From positions 1 through 33,063 of the forward strand of contig JASFYR010000015.1 of assembly GCA_045047115.1 (NCBI GenBank): a DNA stretch of 33,063 nt, in the 5' to 3' direction. The notes under the pieces are model-generated. The model saw nothing but the letters and a program-made list of their open reading frames with translations, ran no database searches and was not told the origin of the DNA. Below, piece after piece: positions 15,907 to 26,420 of the stretch. The position numbers and the translations under genes are program-made. The stretch comes from Sulfurospirillum sp. (GTDB lineage: Bacteria; Campylobacterota; Campylobacteria; Campylobacterales; Sulfurospirillaceae). Every line of letters starts with the position of its first letter. Position 1 is the first letter of the stretch.

Positions 15907-17817
15907 ATGTTTGAAAATATAAACAGATATATCGCTATAATTATAATGCTTGTACAAGTAGTTTACGCACAAAATATAGACGCACTGCTAAATAAGCTGG
16001 CACAAAAAGATGACCTGTCGGTACATACAAAAAAAGAGAGTGCAGGGTATCTTACAATTTTTACTCGCCAAGATCTCGACAGGATGAAAGTCAAATCATT
16101 AAAAGAGTTAATCGAGAAGATTCCATTTGTGAGATACAATGAAGACTCCAGAGGGTTGAGTGCCCCATACTATCAACCATACCAGGCAAACAATCCGGCT
16201 AGAATCCGCATATATATAAATGATCGTGAGTTCTTGTCGCCTCTGTTTGGTGGTGGTTTTCAGATTCTTGGGCAAATCGATATGGCATATATTGATCATG
16301 TAGAGATCTATATGGGAATCCCATCTTATGAAATTTCAATCGAACCTACAACCGTAGTGATAAAAGCATATACCAAGACAGGCAAGAGGGAAAATACAAC
16401 CTTGGTTGGAGTTTCGGGTGGAAGTTACGGCACAAATGATGCGTATGGATATATATCTAAGGATATGAAAGATTTTTCCTATTTTGTATATGGAAATCAT
16501 CGTAACCTAAAACGGGAAAAGCTTTATAAAGCAGGTAGCATACTTTCAAGGAGCAAAGAGAGCGAAGATTTTTACGCTCAAGTTACAATGCCTACTTCCA
16601 GATTTGAATTTCAGGTGATAAAAGGCAGCATGGGAAATTTTATAGGGCAGAGTTGGAATATGACACCAAAAGATTCCGGTACTGATTTTTCATATCTCTA
16701 TACAGGGTATAGTTATAAGTCACTGGATAAAAGTCTCAAAGCAAATATCAATTATTCGTATTTGCATAATGATTACCGAGATGGTTCAAATGCTCCAATA
16801 GGTTTAAATCCCCCTTTCTATACTCGATATTACAACGAAAGAATCAAGGTTAACGAGCATTTGCTAGATACTCAAATCACAAAAAAATTAAAAATAGACA
16901 AGCTTTCATTGTTGCTTGGTTTTGGAAATAGATATAAAAAATTCACCAACGATGTTCATAGTAGAGATGATGTGGAAGTTACGACGGACAGCAACTATAA
17001 TAGTGAAAATATCACTTCGATTTTCAGTGAAGCGGACTATCTGCTTGATGAGCACAATCGCTTGGTTTTATCTGCAAATATACAGAAATATTTTGAAAAT
17101 GCAAAAATTAAAGATGAGATGATATGTGGGGCTAGAATAGGACACCTCTACAGCACAGATAATTTTACGCAAAAGTCTTTTTTGTTTTATGGGAAATTCA
17201 GACCTACTCCTTATGAACTCTTTGTAAATGATTCACTTGGTTATGAATCAAATAATCTAAATTCTGAAGAGGCGTACTCTGTATCTACAAAGTCAATTTG
17301 GAGATACAAAGATGTAACAACATCCTTGCTTCTCGCTAGAACAGTGATGAACAACTCCATCTACTTTGATTTGGGTAGTTTTAAAAATAATAACAATAGA
17401 TTTATCTTTGACTCAGCATCTTTTAAAAGCAACTATAATTTAAATGATACAGATAAAATAGAGTTTAATTTTTGGGTTGTTTTTGAAAACTATGGTAAAA
17501 ATTCAAACGATAGATATCACAATAGATATGGAGGATATTTGACGCTATTTAAAAAAATTGCCAAGATAGATACCTATAATTCTATTGCATACCGGGGCGG
17601 GTATAGTAATGCTTCAGCAGGCTGGAACTATAATTTGACTTTAAGTTATCCATATTCTAAGCATCTTTCTTTTTTTCTAAAAGGAGAGAATCTCTTTAAA
17701 GATGCTTTAAAAACTGACTACTATAGGGTCAATCCTTTGACTTTACAGGTAACCACGCTAGATAATATTTCTGTTTTTGACAGAACAGTTTGGGTTGGTA
17801 TGGAGTATGAGTTTTGA
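15907..17817 (+). CDS. TonB-dependent receptor-like outer membrane protein (plug + beta-barrel)
   Basis: Signal peptide; plug motifs TIFTRQDLDRM..SLKELIEKIP, IYINDRE, IDHVEIYMG; aromatic amphipathic strands; C-terminal KGENLF...RTVWVGMEYEF ending in Phe. Confidence 0.85.
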   Translation: MFENINRYIAIIIMLVQVVYAQNIDALLNKLAQKDDLSVHTKKESAGYLTIFTRQDLDRMKVKSLKELIEKIPFVRYNEDSRGLSAPYYQPYQANNPARIRIYINDREFLSPLFGGGFQILGQIDMAYIDHVEIYMGIPSYEISIEPTTVVIKAYTKTGKRENTTLVGVSGGSYGTNDAYGYISKDMKDFSYFVYGNHRNLKREKLYKAGSILSRSKESEDFYAQVTMPTSRFEFQVIKGSMGNFIGQSWNMTPKDSGTDFSYLYTGYSYKSLDKSLKANINYSYLHNDYRDGSNAPIGLNPPFYTRYYNERIKVNEHLLDTQITKKLKIDKLSLLLGFGNRYKKFTNDVHSRDDVEVTTDSNYNSENITSIFSEADYLLDEHNRLVLSANIQKYFENAKIKDEMICGARIGHLYSTDNFTQKSFLFYGKFRPTPYELFVNDSLGYESNNLNSEEAYSVSTKSIWRYKDVTTSLLLARTVMNNSIYFDLGSFKNNNNRFIFDSASFKSNYNLNDTDKIEFNFWVVFENYGKNSNDRYHNRYGGYLTLFKKIAKIDTYNSIAYRGGYSNASAGWNYNLTLSYPYSKHLSFFLKGENLFKDALKTDYYRVNPLTLQVTTLDNISVFDRTVWVGMEYEF

Positions 17818-18227
17818 AGATATTTTTACTGTCTGCCTTAATCATATCATCTCTTTTAAGTTCGAATGTAAAAAAGCTAGAAGCTCAGATACTCTCTTCG
17901 ATTGCACACTCTTTAGTGCATAAAAAAAATGTAAATATATGCATAGACGATAAAAATTTTAAAGGTATTGAAAAGTATGAAAAAAATCTCAAACTTGTCT
18001 CTTGTGGTAAGGCCGATATCGTATTTACTTCAAAAGACAGCGATATAGATAAAAAGTGTAAAACAAGTCTTATATTTTCCACTTCATACTATTTGTATGA
18101 ACACTCGCCTGTGATAGTTGGGGCTTTTTTCTGGCAGAAAGGAAGGCCAAATATAATATTTAGAGAAAAACAACTTAAATCTTTAGGTATAAATTTGCCT
18201 AAAGATTTTAAGAAATATATAGAATAG
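17814..18227 (+). CDS. Periplasmic YfiR/HmsC-like (DUF4154-like) protein
   Basis: Signal peptide, NICI, ADIVF, GAFFWQKGRPNIIF..KQLKSLGINLP resembling the YfiR C-terminal pattern; 3 Cys; TTGA overlap with the receptor stop. Confidence 0.6.
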   Translation: MKIFLLSALIISSLLSSNVKKLEAQILSSIAHSLVHKKNVNICIDDKNFKGIEKYEKNLKLVSCGKADIVFTSKDSDIDKKCKTSLIFSTSYYLYEHSPVIVGAFFWQKGRPNIIFREKQLKSLGINLPKDFKKYIE

Positions 18228-18238
18228 CAAAAGTATTT

Positions 18239-19399
18239 ATGAAAAAATTTAATTTTTCAATCAACTCTTTTTTCTTTCTTGTTTCCGTTATTTTTATCGT
18301 AATGATTGGCGGATTGTACTATCAGTTTGGTAAAGTCATTAAAGAAACCAATACTGAGATCAACAAGATAGAGATAAATCGTGCCAGCGCTTTAACTGAT
18401 AAAATTATCTTACATATCCGCAATAAAATCACAGGTGATTTTTCACTGTTGTTTCAGAATAGAAATCTTAGAGAAGATATATCTGGTTTTTTATCTTTAA
18501 ATGTAACTGATGAATTTAAGTATATTTATGTCATATATAAAGATAAAAATGGTGTATATCGATATTTGCTTGATGGCTCTTACGGAGTGGACAAAGGTGA
18601 ATTCAAGCAGAAGTTTTATCCTTTGTTGGAAAATCTATGGGCAGCATGTCTGAGAGCAGGTCGCCCAATGTACGGCTTTCAGAAAAAAGTCGATGGGCTA
18701 TGGATAACATATCTGCATCCTATGAAAATAGGTGGAGATGTAAAGGCGGTTTTGGTATTGGATATATCAACCAAAGAGTATCAAAATTTAAATAAATTTT
18801 TAATTCCACTATATAACTTTTTAAGGGTATTTCTATTTGTTTTGGTAGCCATAATTCTAGTGGTTTTGATGCAGATGTATATGTTTTATACGGAGCGTAA
18901 AAAGAGTATTGTAGACCCTTTGACAAGATTATACAACAGAAACTATCTGAAAGAGATTTGGAATAAAATCACTCTTAAAAAAATAGCTATAATGATGTTG
19001 GATATCGATCATTTTAAATTGGTAAACGATAAATATGGTCATGATATCGGAGATATAGTTTTGGGCTCAATTGCAAAAAAAATGATGAGTGAAACAAGAA
19101 TGGAAGACAGGGTTATAAGATATGGTGGAGAGGAATTTTTGATTTTTTTGAAATGGCCAAAGAGTGATGATGAGGTGATACAGATAGCTGAAAGAATTCG
19201 TGAAAGTATCGCTAATGAAAAGATAAGGATAAATGAAAATTTAAGTATAAAAGCATCCGTGTCTATAGGAGTAAATGTAAATCCGGACAAAAGCAAAACA
19301 CTCAAGGAAGCGATTAGGGTGGCTGATAAAATGCTCTATTTGGCAAAAAACAAAGGTAGAAACAGAGCAGTTTATACACACTTGGATAACAGTGAATAG
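18239..19399 (+). CDS. Membrane diguanylate cyclase with periplasmic Cache/PDC-like sensor
   Basis: Two TM helices, DPLTRLYNR, LDIDHFKLVNDKYGHDIGD, RMED (RxxD I-site), RYGGEEF, ADKMLYLAKNKGRN. Confidence 0.95.
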   Translation: MKKFNFSINSFFFLVSVIFIVMIGGLYYQFGKVIKETNTEINKIEINRASALTDKIILHIRNKITGDFSLLFQNRNLREDISGFLSLNVTDEFKYIYVIYKDKNGVYRYLLDGSYGVDKGEFKQKFYPLLENLWAACLRAGRPMYGFQKKVDGLWITYLHPMKIGGDVKAVLVLDISTKEYQNLNKFLIPLYNFLRVFLFVLVAIILVVLMQMYMFYTERKKSIVDPLTRLYNRNYLKEIWNKITLKKIAIMMLDIDHFKLVNDKYGHDIGDIVLGSIAKKMMSETRMEDRVIRYGGEEFLIFLKWPKSDDEVIQIAERIRESIANEKIRINENLSIKASVSIGVNVNPDKSKTLKEAIRVADKMLYLAKNKGRNRAVYTHLDNSE

Positions 19400-19427
19400 T
19401 CCTACAGCCTTATAATGAGCTTAGTGA

Positions 19428-19436
19428 TGCTAAAAT
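19428..19436 (+). promoter_or_regulatory. Extended -10 promoter for xth
   Basis: TGCTAAAAT about 35 nt upstream of the xth ATG. Confidence 0.55.
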
Positions 19437-19470
19437 ATAGATAATACTTAAACATATCAAAAGGCAAAAA

Positions 19471-20262
19471 ATGAAAGAACTTAATTTTATATCATGGAAT
19501 GTAAACGGCATAAGAGCAGTAGATAAGAAACAGGCTCTTAGCTGGATAGATGGGGTTGAGGTTGATTTTTTGGCTCTTCAAGAGATAAAAGCTCAAAAAG
19601 AGCAGATACCCTCAACTATTTTCGATAAAGAATTTTCTGAGATACATATAAACTCTTCAAGCAAAAAAGGACAATCTGGTGTGGCACTTTTTAGTGCTCT
19701 GCCTTCCGCAAAAGTTGATACTGCCCGTAATGTAGATATATTGGACGAGGGTAGAATCAATGAATTTCATTTTGGAGATATAGCATTTCTAAATGTCTAT
19801 TTTCCAAATGGGCAAAGAAATGAAGAGAGGCTGGAGTATAAAATGGCTTTTTATGAGAGGTTTTTTGAGCACTGTCAAAATCTTCGCAAAGACGGCAAAT
19901 CACTAATCATTTGCGGGGATGTAAATACAGCCCATAAAGAGATAGACCTTGCCCGTCCAAAAGCCAATGAAAATACATCCGGATTTTTGAGAATTGAGAG
20001 AGATTGGATAGACAAATTTCTATCACACGGATTTATAGATACATATAGGTATGTAAATGGCGATATAAAAGATAGATACTCTTGGTGGTCATATCGAGCA
20101 GGAGCAAGAGGCAATAATGTGGGATGGAGAATAGACTATTTTTATGTTTCAAAAGATTTAAAGCAGTATATAGCTGATGCTAAAATTTATAATGAGATAT
20201 ATGGTAGTGATCACTGTCCGATTAGTCTAACTCTAAAATTACCAAAGGATTACTTGGTGTAG
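19471..20262 (+). CDS. xth: Exodeoxyribonuclease III / AP endonuclease
   Basis: ISWNVNGIRA, LQEIK, NVYFPNG, CGDVNTAH, YSWWSYR, GWRIDYF, GSDHCP. Confidence 0.97.
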   Translation: MKELNFISWNVNGIRAVDKKQALSWIDGVEVDFLALQEIKAQKEQIPSTIFDKEFSEIHINSSSKKGQSGVALFSALPSAKVDTARNVDILDEGRINEFHFGDIAFLNVYFPNGQRNEERLEYKMAFYERFFEHCQNLRKDGKSLIICGDVNTAHKEIDLARPKANENTSGFLRIERDWIDKFLSHGFIDTYRYVNGDIKDRYSWWSYRAGARGNNVGWRIDYFYVSKDLKQYIADAKIYNEIYGSDHCPISLTLKLPKDYLV

Positions 20263-20276
20263 CAGTAAGCTTGAAC

Positions 20277-21473
20277 CTAAGAGAGTTTATATGCTAAATC
20301 TTTAAACTGATCCCCTCTTTGTATATAAGATGAGAATTGATCCAGGCTTGAGGCAGCCGGCGAGAGAAGAACCACTCTGTTTTTTGTGTGTATTTTTTTT
20401 ATCTTTTGCATCGCAATTTTGAGCTCATATGAAGCAGTTGCTTTTTTATCAATCTTATTGCAAAAATCGACTATTTTATCAGTATTTGTACCTATGGCAA
20501 AGACTTCTACATGTAGAGGCTTGAGCATCTCAAAAAGCGGGCTCAAATCAACCCCTTTGTCATCACCGCCAAGTATGAGTATCAAATCCCTCTCTTTGTA
20601 CCTTTTTACGGCTTCAAGTGTTGCGTCTAGATTTGTCCCTTTGGAGTCATTTACCCAAATTTTGCCCTCTTTGTCTTTGAATTCTTCAAGTTTATGTTTA
20701 TCAGTTTTAAAAAGATTGAAATTTTTATAGTCTATGTCGCCCAAGAGTATCTTTTCGCAAGAGAGTGCAAGTAGAGCATCCAGTAGAAAAGGAGTTTGAA
20801 ACTTTACTTTTTCTATCTCAATATCCAGCTTGTAAGAGAGGTCAAACTCATCTTTGTAGCCAATGAGATGGGCAGCTGTTTTTATCTCTTTGTATTTTTC
20901 AGGGATGATTGCTATATCGCCCTCGCGCATTCTATAAAGTGGGCTGAGTTTTGCTTTTTCATACTCTTCAAAGTTTCCATGCCAACTTAAATGATCTGGC
21001 TTTATGGGTAGCAAAAGGTATATATTTGGAGTGGCAATTTTTGTTTGGTGGAGCATATATGAGCTTGTTTCCAGTATCCACATCGAGCTATTTTTATCCA
21101 AGTTTGCAAGTGGATTTCCTATATTTCCTCCAGACTCACCACCTCTTTTTTTAAATATAAAATCCAACATTTGTGTAGTGGTTGTTTTGCCGTTTGTTCC
21201 GCTTATCCAGATTGAATTTGGCATATCTTTTTGAAAAAAGTCATACTCACTTTGCAGGTTTGTGGCTTTTTTCATGAGAGGATGGTTTTGCGGGAAACTG
21301 GGGCTGGGTATCTGAATATCAGTTTTTGACGGATCAAACTCACTGGGAGGCAAAAGTTCATTTCCAAACTCATCTAAACTTTTTTGATGGAAATGGTCAT
21401 CAAAAATCTGGCAGTTTTGAAATCTTTTTGCTATGGCTTTAGCTGTTCTCCCGTGTCCAAACAGTGCTATCAT
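20277..21473 (-). CDS. murD: UDP-N-acetylmuramoyl-L-alanine--D-glutamate ligase
   Basis: [59 protein letters not shown] overlap with mraY. Confidence 0.96.
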   Translation of the reverse strand: MIALFGHGRTAKAIAKRFQNCQIFDDHFHQKSLDEFGNELLPPSEFDPSKTDIQIPSPSFPQNHPLMKKATNLQSEYDFFQKDMPNSIWISGTNGKTTTTQMLDFIFKKRGGESGGNIGNPLANLDKNSSMWILETSSYMLHQTKIATPNIYLLLPIKPDHLSWHGNFEEYEKAKLSPLYRMREGDIAIIPEKYKEIKTAAHLIGYKDEFDLSYKLDIEIEKVKFQTPFLLDALLALSCEKILLGDIDYKNFNLFKTDKHKLEEFKDKEGKIWVNDSKGTNLDATLEAVKRYKERDLILILGGDDKGVDLSPLFEMLKPLHVEVFAIGTNTDKIVDFCNKIDKKATASYELKIAMQKIKKIHTKNRVVLLSPAASSLDQFSSYIQRGDQFKDLAYKLS

Positions 21474-22534
21474 CTTATTTTAAGAGCCGTTAATGCTATG
21501 ATATTTGATATGAGTGCCATTATCCAAAACCTTACTATTATCTTATTTTCCGCCCACCCTTTTATCTCAAAATGGTGGTGTATTGGAGCCATCAAAAAAA
21601 CTCTTTTTTTTCTGGTTTTAAAACTTCCAACTTGCAAAATCACAGAAACGGTTTCAAGAACAAATACAAAACCTATGAGTATAAGCAAAAATTCATTTTT
21701 AGAGATTATCGCCATATATCCTATAAATGCACCTAGACTCAAGCTCCCACTGTCTCCCATAAATACTTCGGCAGGATAACAGTTATACCAAAGAAATCCT
21801 ACAAGTGCTCCGATGAGTGCTGCTGCTATAATCACAACTTCACCTATGCCGCTGATTTTTGGCAAAAGAAGATATCCGCTGAGTATAGCATGTCCGCTAA
21901 TATACACAAATATACCAAGAGTTAACATAGAGAGTATAGATGGCACTGTTGCCAATCCATCTAATCCATCTGTGAGATTAACAGCATTACTTGATGAGAC
22001 CATAACAAGTGCCCAAAATACAACAGAAAACCACCCAATGTTTAGGATGGGATGTTTGTAAAACGGTATATAGAGTTCGGTATTGAGTATAGTATTGTTG
22101 TATAAAAAATAACCGATTACGAGGGCAGAGAAAAATTGCATGAAGAATTTTACTTTTGCACTTAATCCAGAAGTGTTATCTTTGCCGACAATTTTTGATA
22201 TGTCATCTTTTATACCAATCAATCCAAAAAGAGTTATAACTCCAAAACCAATCAACGCAAATATATTTGTAAGATTTACACACATAAGTATAGCCATAAG
22301 AGCAGAAAAAACTATGACCAGTCCCCCCATCGTAGGTGTTTTTCCCTTTGCTTGGTGACTTTGTGGTGCCAAAGAGTATATAGGTTGGTTTGCATTTTTA
22401 TTTTTTGCCCATTTTATGAATTTCGGCATAAGGTACATACTTATAAAAAGGGAGATAAAAAAAGCTATGCCAGAACGAACAGTGATGTATTGAAAAATAT
22501 TAATTTGAGTTGTTTGATAGAGCCAATAAAGCAT
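21470..22534 (-). CDS. mraY: Phospho-N-acetylmuramoyl-pentapeptide transferase
   Basis: [39 protein letters not shown]. Confidence 0.98.
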   Translation of the reverse strand: MLYWLYQTTQINIFQYITVRSGIAFFISLFISMYLMPKFIKWAKNKNANQPIYSLAPQSHQAKGKTPTMGGLVIVFSALMAILMCVNLTNIFALIGFGVITLFGLIGIKDDISKIVGKDNTSGLSAKVKFFMQFFSALVIGYFLYNNTILNTELYIPFYKHPILNIGWFSVVFWALVMVSSSNAVNLTDGLDGLATVPSILSMLTLGIFVYISGHAILSGYLLLPKISGIGEVVIIAAALIGALVGFLWYNCYPAEVFMGDSGSLSLGAFIGYMAIISKNEFLLILIGFVFVLETVSVILQVGSFKTRKKRVFLMAPIHHHFEIKGWAENKIIVRFWIMALISNIIALTALKIR

Positions 22535-22602
22535 AAAAAATCCATTTATAGTTTTTGAAAGTATTATTTTAGTAAAATATTACTTATAGGATGGTAATTT
22601 AA

Positions 22603-24087
22603 GTGAAAAAAGATATTCAAAAAACTATTTTAGTTATAACAGACGGCATAGGATACAATCCGGACTCTAGAGCAAACGCTTTTGCAAATGCCATAAAACC
22701 CACTTATAATAAACTTTTCAAAGAGATTCCAAATTCATTGATAAAAACTTCAGGTATCGCAGTTGGTTTGCCTGAGGGTCAAATGGGAAATAGTGAAGTG
22801 GGACACATGTGTATTGGTGCCGGTCGGGTGATGTATCAAAACCTTGTAAAAATTTCGCTCAGCATCAAAGAGAACAGACTAAAAAATAATCCGGCCTTAA
22901 AAGACATACTGAAAGTCAATGGCGATATACATATAATAGGACTGCTCAGTGATGGTGGCGTACACTCTCATATTGACCACATCACGGCCCTTGCAAAAAT
23001 TGCAAAAGATGCAGGTAAAAAAGTTCATCTACATGTTATCACAGACGGAAGAGATGTCTCTCCTGCCTCGGGTGTGGATTTTATCAAAGAGTTAGAGATG
23101 ATTTGCGATGTCAATATAGAAATTTCTACGATTAGCGGAAGATTTTATGCTATGGATAGAGATAACAGGTGGGATAGAGTTGAGCGTGCTTATAGAGTCA
23201 TAGTAGATGCCGGTGTAAAAACAGATGATAGTCCGCTAGAGTACATAGAGCACTCTTATGCAAAAGATATCACAGATGAATTTATAGAGCCGGTCAGCAT
23301 GAAAAACTATCATGGTATGAGTGAAGATGACGGTGTGGTTTTTGCAAATTTTAGAAATGACAGGATGAGAGAGCTTTCAAAAGCGATAGGTTTTCCTAAA
23401 TTTCCTAAATTTAAAAGAAAAAACAGCGGGATTAAAAGTATCACCATGACAGAGTATGACAGTTCATATCCTTTTGAGGTGATGTTCCCTTCGACTCCAC
23501 CAAGAAATACACTGGCAGATGTCATATCCCAAAACAACCTTTCTCAACTTCATACAGCTGAGACGGAGAAGTATGCACATGTAACATTTTTTTTAAACGG
23601 TGGCACAGAAGAGCCGGACAGCGGTGAAAGTAGAGTGCTTATACCCAGCCCAAAAGTTGCTACTTATGACATGAAACCGCAGATGAGTAGTGAACAAGTA
23701 GGAGATGCAGTTTTGACAGCTATGGACGCAGGGTATGATTTTATAGTTGTTAATTTTGCAAACGGTGATATGGTGGGACATACGGGAAACTACGATGCAG
23801 CAGTGAAGGCGGTAGAGGCAGTCGATAAACAACTGGGAAGAATTTTAAATAAATGTGATGAGAAAGATTATTCTTTTATATTGACAAGTGATCACGGAAA
23901 TTGCGAACAGATGTCGAATGACAAGGGAGAGATGCTGACAAATCATACAACATTTGATGTATTTTGTTTCGTAAAATCAAAGGGTGTAAAAAAAGTAAAA
24001 GATGGCGGTTTGAACAATATAGCTCCAACAGTTTTAAAATTAATGGGCTTAGAAGCTCCCAAAGAGATGGATAAACCACTGGTTTGA
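22603..24087 (+). CDS. gpmI: 2,3-bisphosphoglycerate-independent phosphoglycerate mutase
   Basis: GQMGNSEVGH, SDGGVHSH, TDGRD, GRFYAMDRD, ETEKYAHVTFF, DMVGHTG, TSDHGN. Confidence 0.98.
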   Translation: MKKDIQKTILVITDGIGYNPDSRANAFANAIKPTYNKLFKEIPNSLIKTSGIAVGLPEGQMGNSEVGHMCIGAGRVMYQNLVKISLSIKENRLKNNPALKDILKVNGDIHIIGLLSDGGVHSHIDHITALAKIAKDAGKKVHLHVITDGRDVSPASGVDFIKELEMICDVNIEISTISGRFYAMDRDNRWDRVERAYRVIVDAGVKTDDSPLEYIEHSYAKDITDEFIEPVSMKNYHGMSEDDGVVFANFRNDRMRELSKAIGFPKFPKFKRKNSGIKSITMTEYDSSYPFEVMFPSTPPRNTLADVISQNNLSQLHTAETEKYAHVTFFLNGGTEEPDSGESRVLIPSPKVATYDMKPQMSSEQVGDAVLTAMDAGYDFIVVNFANGDMVGHTGNYDAAVKAVEAVDKQLGRILNKCDEKDYSFILTSDHGNCEQMSNDKGEMLTNHTTFDVFCFVKSKGVKKVKDGGLNNIAPTVLKLMGLEAPKEMDKPLV

Positions 24088-24098
24088 AAGGATAAGGT

Positions 24099-24842
24099 GT
24101 GAAATTTAGCGGAAAAAATGTTTTAGTTACAGGTGCTGCGAGTGGTATTGGCAAACAGATTGCTATCACTCTGGCTAGTTTTGGTTTAAAAGTTTGGATA
24201 AATTATCGTTCTCGTCCACAAGAAGCAGATAGTGTAAAAGCAGAAATAGAAGCCAATGGCGGAGTTGCCGCTGTTATCGGCTTTGATGTTGCTGATGAAG
24301 ATGCTTTTATAGATGGTGTAAAAACTATTGTCCAAAGCGATGGCGAGCTCTCATATCTCGTAAATAATGCAGGCATTACAAATGACAAACTTGCTATCAG
24401 GATGAAAACCGAGGATTTTGAATCAGTCATAAAAGTCAATCTTACTTCGGCTTTTGTTGGATGCCGCGAAGCGTTAAAAGTGATGAATAAGAAGAGATTT
24501 GGAAGCATAGTAAATATCTCTTCAATCATAGGTGAAACCGGGAATATCGGGCAGGTAAACTATAGTGCAAGCAAAGGTGGATTGATAGCTATGACAAAGA
24601 GTTTTGCTCTTGAAGCAAGTGCTAGAGGTATCAGGTGCAATGCGATAACTCCCGGATTTATAGAGACTGAGATGACGCAACAATTAAGTGATGAGATGAA
24701 GAAAACTTATACGGATAAAATACCCTTAAAGAGGTTTGGAACTCCGAAGGATATAGCGCAGAGTGTTGCATTTTTACTTAGCGACAACTCTTCATATATA
24801 ACAGGAATTGCTTTAAAAGTAAATGGCGGAATGTATATGTAA
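24099..24842 (+). CDS. fabG: 3-oxoacyl-ACP reductase
   Basis: VTGAASGIG, VNNAGIT, NYSASK, PGFIETEMT, VNGGMYM; fab operon context. Confidence 0.96.
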   Translation: MKFSGKNVLVTGAASGIGKQIAITLASFGLKVWINYRSRPQEADSVKAEIEANGGVAAVIGFDVADEDAFIDGVKTIVQSDGELSYLVNNAGITNDKLAIRMKTEDFESVIKVNLTSAFVGCREALKVMNKKRFGSIVNISSIIGETGNIGQVNYSASKGGLIAMTKSFALEASARGIRCNAITPGFIETEMTQQLSDEMKKTYTDKIPLKRFGTPKDIAQSVAFLLSDNSSYITGIALKVNGGMYM

Positions 24843-24897
24843 CTTATTTTAAAGTTAATTTAGATAAAATAATAAAAATTTTTTAAAGGAGTTAGTG

Positions 24898-25128
24898 ATG
24901 GCACTAATCGATGAAGTAAAAGAAGTTGTTGTTGAGCAATTAAATGTAAATCCTGATGAAGTAAAAGAGGAATCGAAATTTGTAGAAGATTTAGGTGCTG
25001 ATTCATTGGATGTTGTAGAGTTGGTTATGGCATTGGAAGAAAAATTTGATATAGAGATTCCTGATACAGATGCTGAGAAAATTGTAACAGTAAACGATGC
25101 TATAAAATATATAGAAGAGCACAAATAA
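24898..25128 (+). CDS. acpP: Acyl carrier protein
   Basis: [12 protein letters not shown] phosphopantetheine site; AAGGAG RBS. Confidence 0.98.
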   Translation: MALIDEVKEVVVEQLNVNPDEVKEESKFVEDLGADSLDVVELVMALEEKFDIEIPDTDAEKIVTVNDAIKYIEEHK

Positions 25129-25150
25129 AAATATAATAAGATTATTTTTA

Positions 25151-25181
25151 ACACTGGGTACAGGATACCTGGTGTTTTTTT
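25151..25181 (+). terminator. Rho-independent terminator-like hairpin after acpP
   Basis: AACACTGGGTA-CAGGA-TACCTGGTGTT stem with G-U pairs followed by a T run. Confidence 0.7.
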
Positions 25182-25203
25182 GAGTGTAAATTAAGGAGTT
25201 GTT

Positions 25204-26412
25204 TTGAGAAGAGTGGTAGTGACGGGTTTGGGTATGATAAATTCAGTTGGTTCTGACAAAGAGAGTTCTTTTAAAGCCATCGTTGATGGAAAATGTGGCA
25301 TTAAAAGGATTAGTTCATTTGATACAACTAATCATTCAGTTAAGATTGCCGGAGAGATTACTGATTTTGATCCTAAGACTGTTATGAACCCAAAAGATGT
25401 TAAAAAAGCAGATAGATTTATCCAATTAGGTATAAAGGCTGCCACAGAAGCTATGCAAGATGCAAATTTTGACTCATATGATGGTGATAGATTTGGTGTC
25501 AGTTCAGCTTCGGGAATAGGCGGATTAAAAGCAATAGAAAAAAACTCTTTGGTTTGCGACAACAGAGGTCCAAGAAGAATTTCCCCATTTTTTATCCCCT
25601 CAGCATTGGTAAATATGCTAGGTGGTTTTGTAGCGATTGAGCATAAAATCAAAGGACCAAATATATCTTCAGTTACAGCTTGTGCGGCAGGTACACATGC
25701 TATCAGTGTGGCTGCCAAAACTATTATGTTGGGTGGTGCTGATAAGATGCTTGTTGTTGGAGCAGAAGCAGCTATATGTGCCGTTGGAGTTGGAGGATTT
25801 TCGTCTATGAAAGCACTCTCAACCAGAAATGATGAACCCCAGCTTGCTTCAAGACCTTTTGATAAAGACAGAGATGGTTTTGTTATGGGCGAGGGCGCAG
25901 GTGCACTCGTACTTGAATCTTATGATGACGCTGTGGCAAGGGGTGCAAATATATATGGTGAAGTGATAGGATTTGGCGAGAGTGGAGATGCTTACCATAT
26001 AACTACACCAGATCCTGACGGTGCTTTTAGAGCGATGAGGGCTGCTTATGAGATGGCAGGAAAACCAAAGATAGACTACATAAATGCCCACGGAACAAGT
26101 ACAGCAGCAAATGATAAAAATGAAACAGCTGCTATCAAGAGACTTTTTGGTGAAAATATACCATTGGTAAGTTCAACAAAAGGTCAAATTGGACACTGTT
26201 TGGGAGCCGCAGGAACCATAGAAGCTGTTGTGTCACTTTTGGCATTGAGAGATAAAATTTTACCTCCTACTATAAATCTTACAAACCCAGATCCTGATTG
26301 TGATTTGGACTATATAGCAAATGAAGCCAGAAAAGTTGATACAGATATTGTTATGAGCAACTCTTTTGGCTTTGGCGGAACTAATGGTTCTGTTATTTTT
26401 AAAAAAATCTAG
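25204..26412 (+). CDS. fabF: Beta-ketoacyl-ACP synthase II
   Basis: [46 protein letters not shown]. Confidence 0.97.
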   Translation: MRRVVVTGLGMINSVGSDKESSFKAIVDGKCGIKRISSFDTTNHSVKIAGEITDFDPKTVMNPKDVKKADRFIQLGIKAATEAMQDANFDSYDGDRFGVSSASGIGGLKAIEKNSLVCDNRGPRRISPFFIPSALVNMLGGFVAIEHKIKGPNISSVTACAAGTHAISVAAKTIMLGGADKMLVVGAEAAICAVGVGGFSSMKALSTRNDEPQLASRPFDKDRDGFVMGEGAGALVLESYDDAVARGANIYGEVIGFGESGDAYHITTPDPDGAFRAMRAAYEMAGKPKIDYINAHGTSTAANDKNETAAIKRLFGENIPLVSSTKGQIGHCLGAAGTIEAVVSLLALRDKILPPTINLTNPDPDCDLDYIANEARKVDTDIVMSNSFGFGGTNGSVIFKKI

Positions 26413-26420
26413 GAAGACAT

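Noticed and set aside
20277..21473. Short MurD (398 aa) as a possible pseudogene
   Set aside because: All catalytic motifs are present and compact MurD is normal in this phylum
22564..22580. Palindrome TATTTTAGTAAAATA between mraY and gpmI
   Set aside because: Explained by back-to-back TAAAAT -10 boxes of divergent promoters
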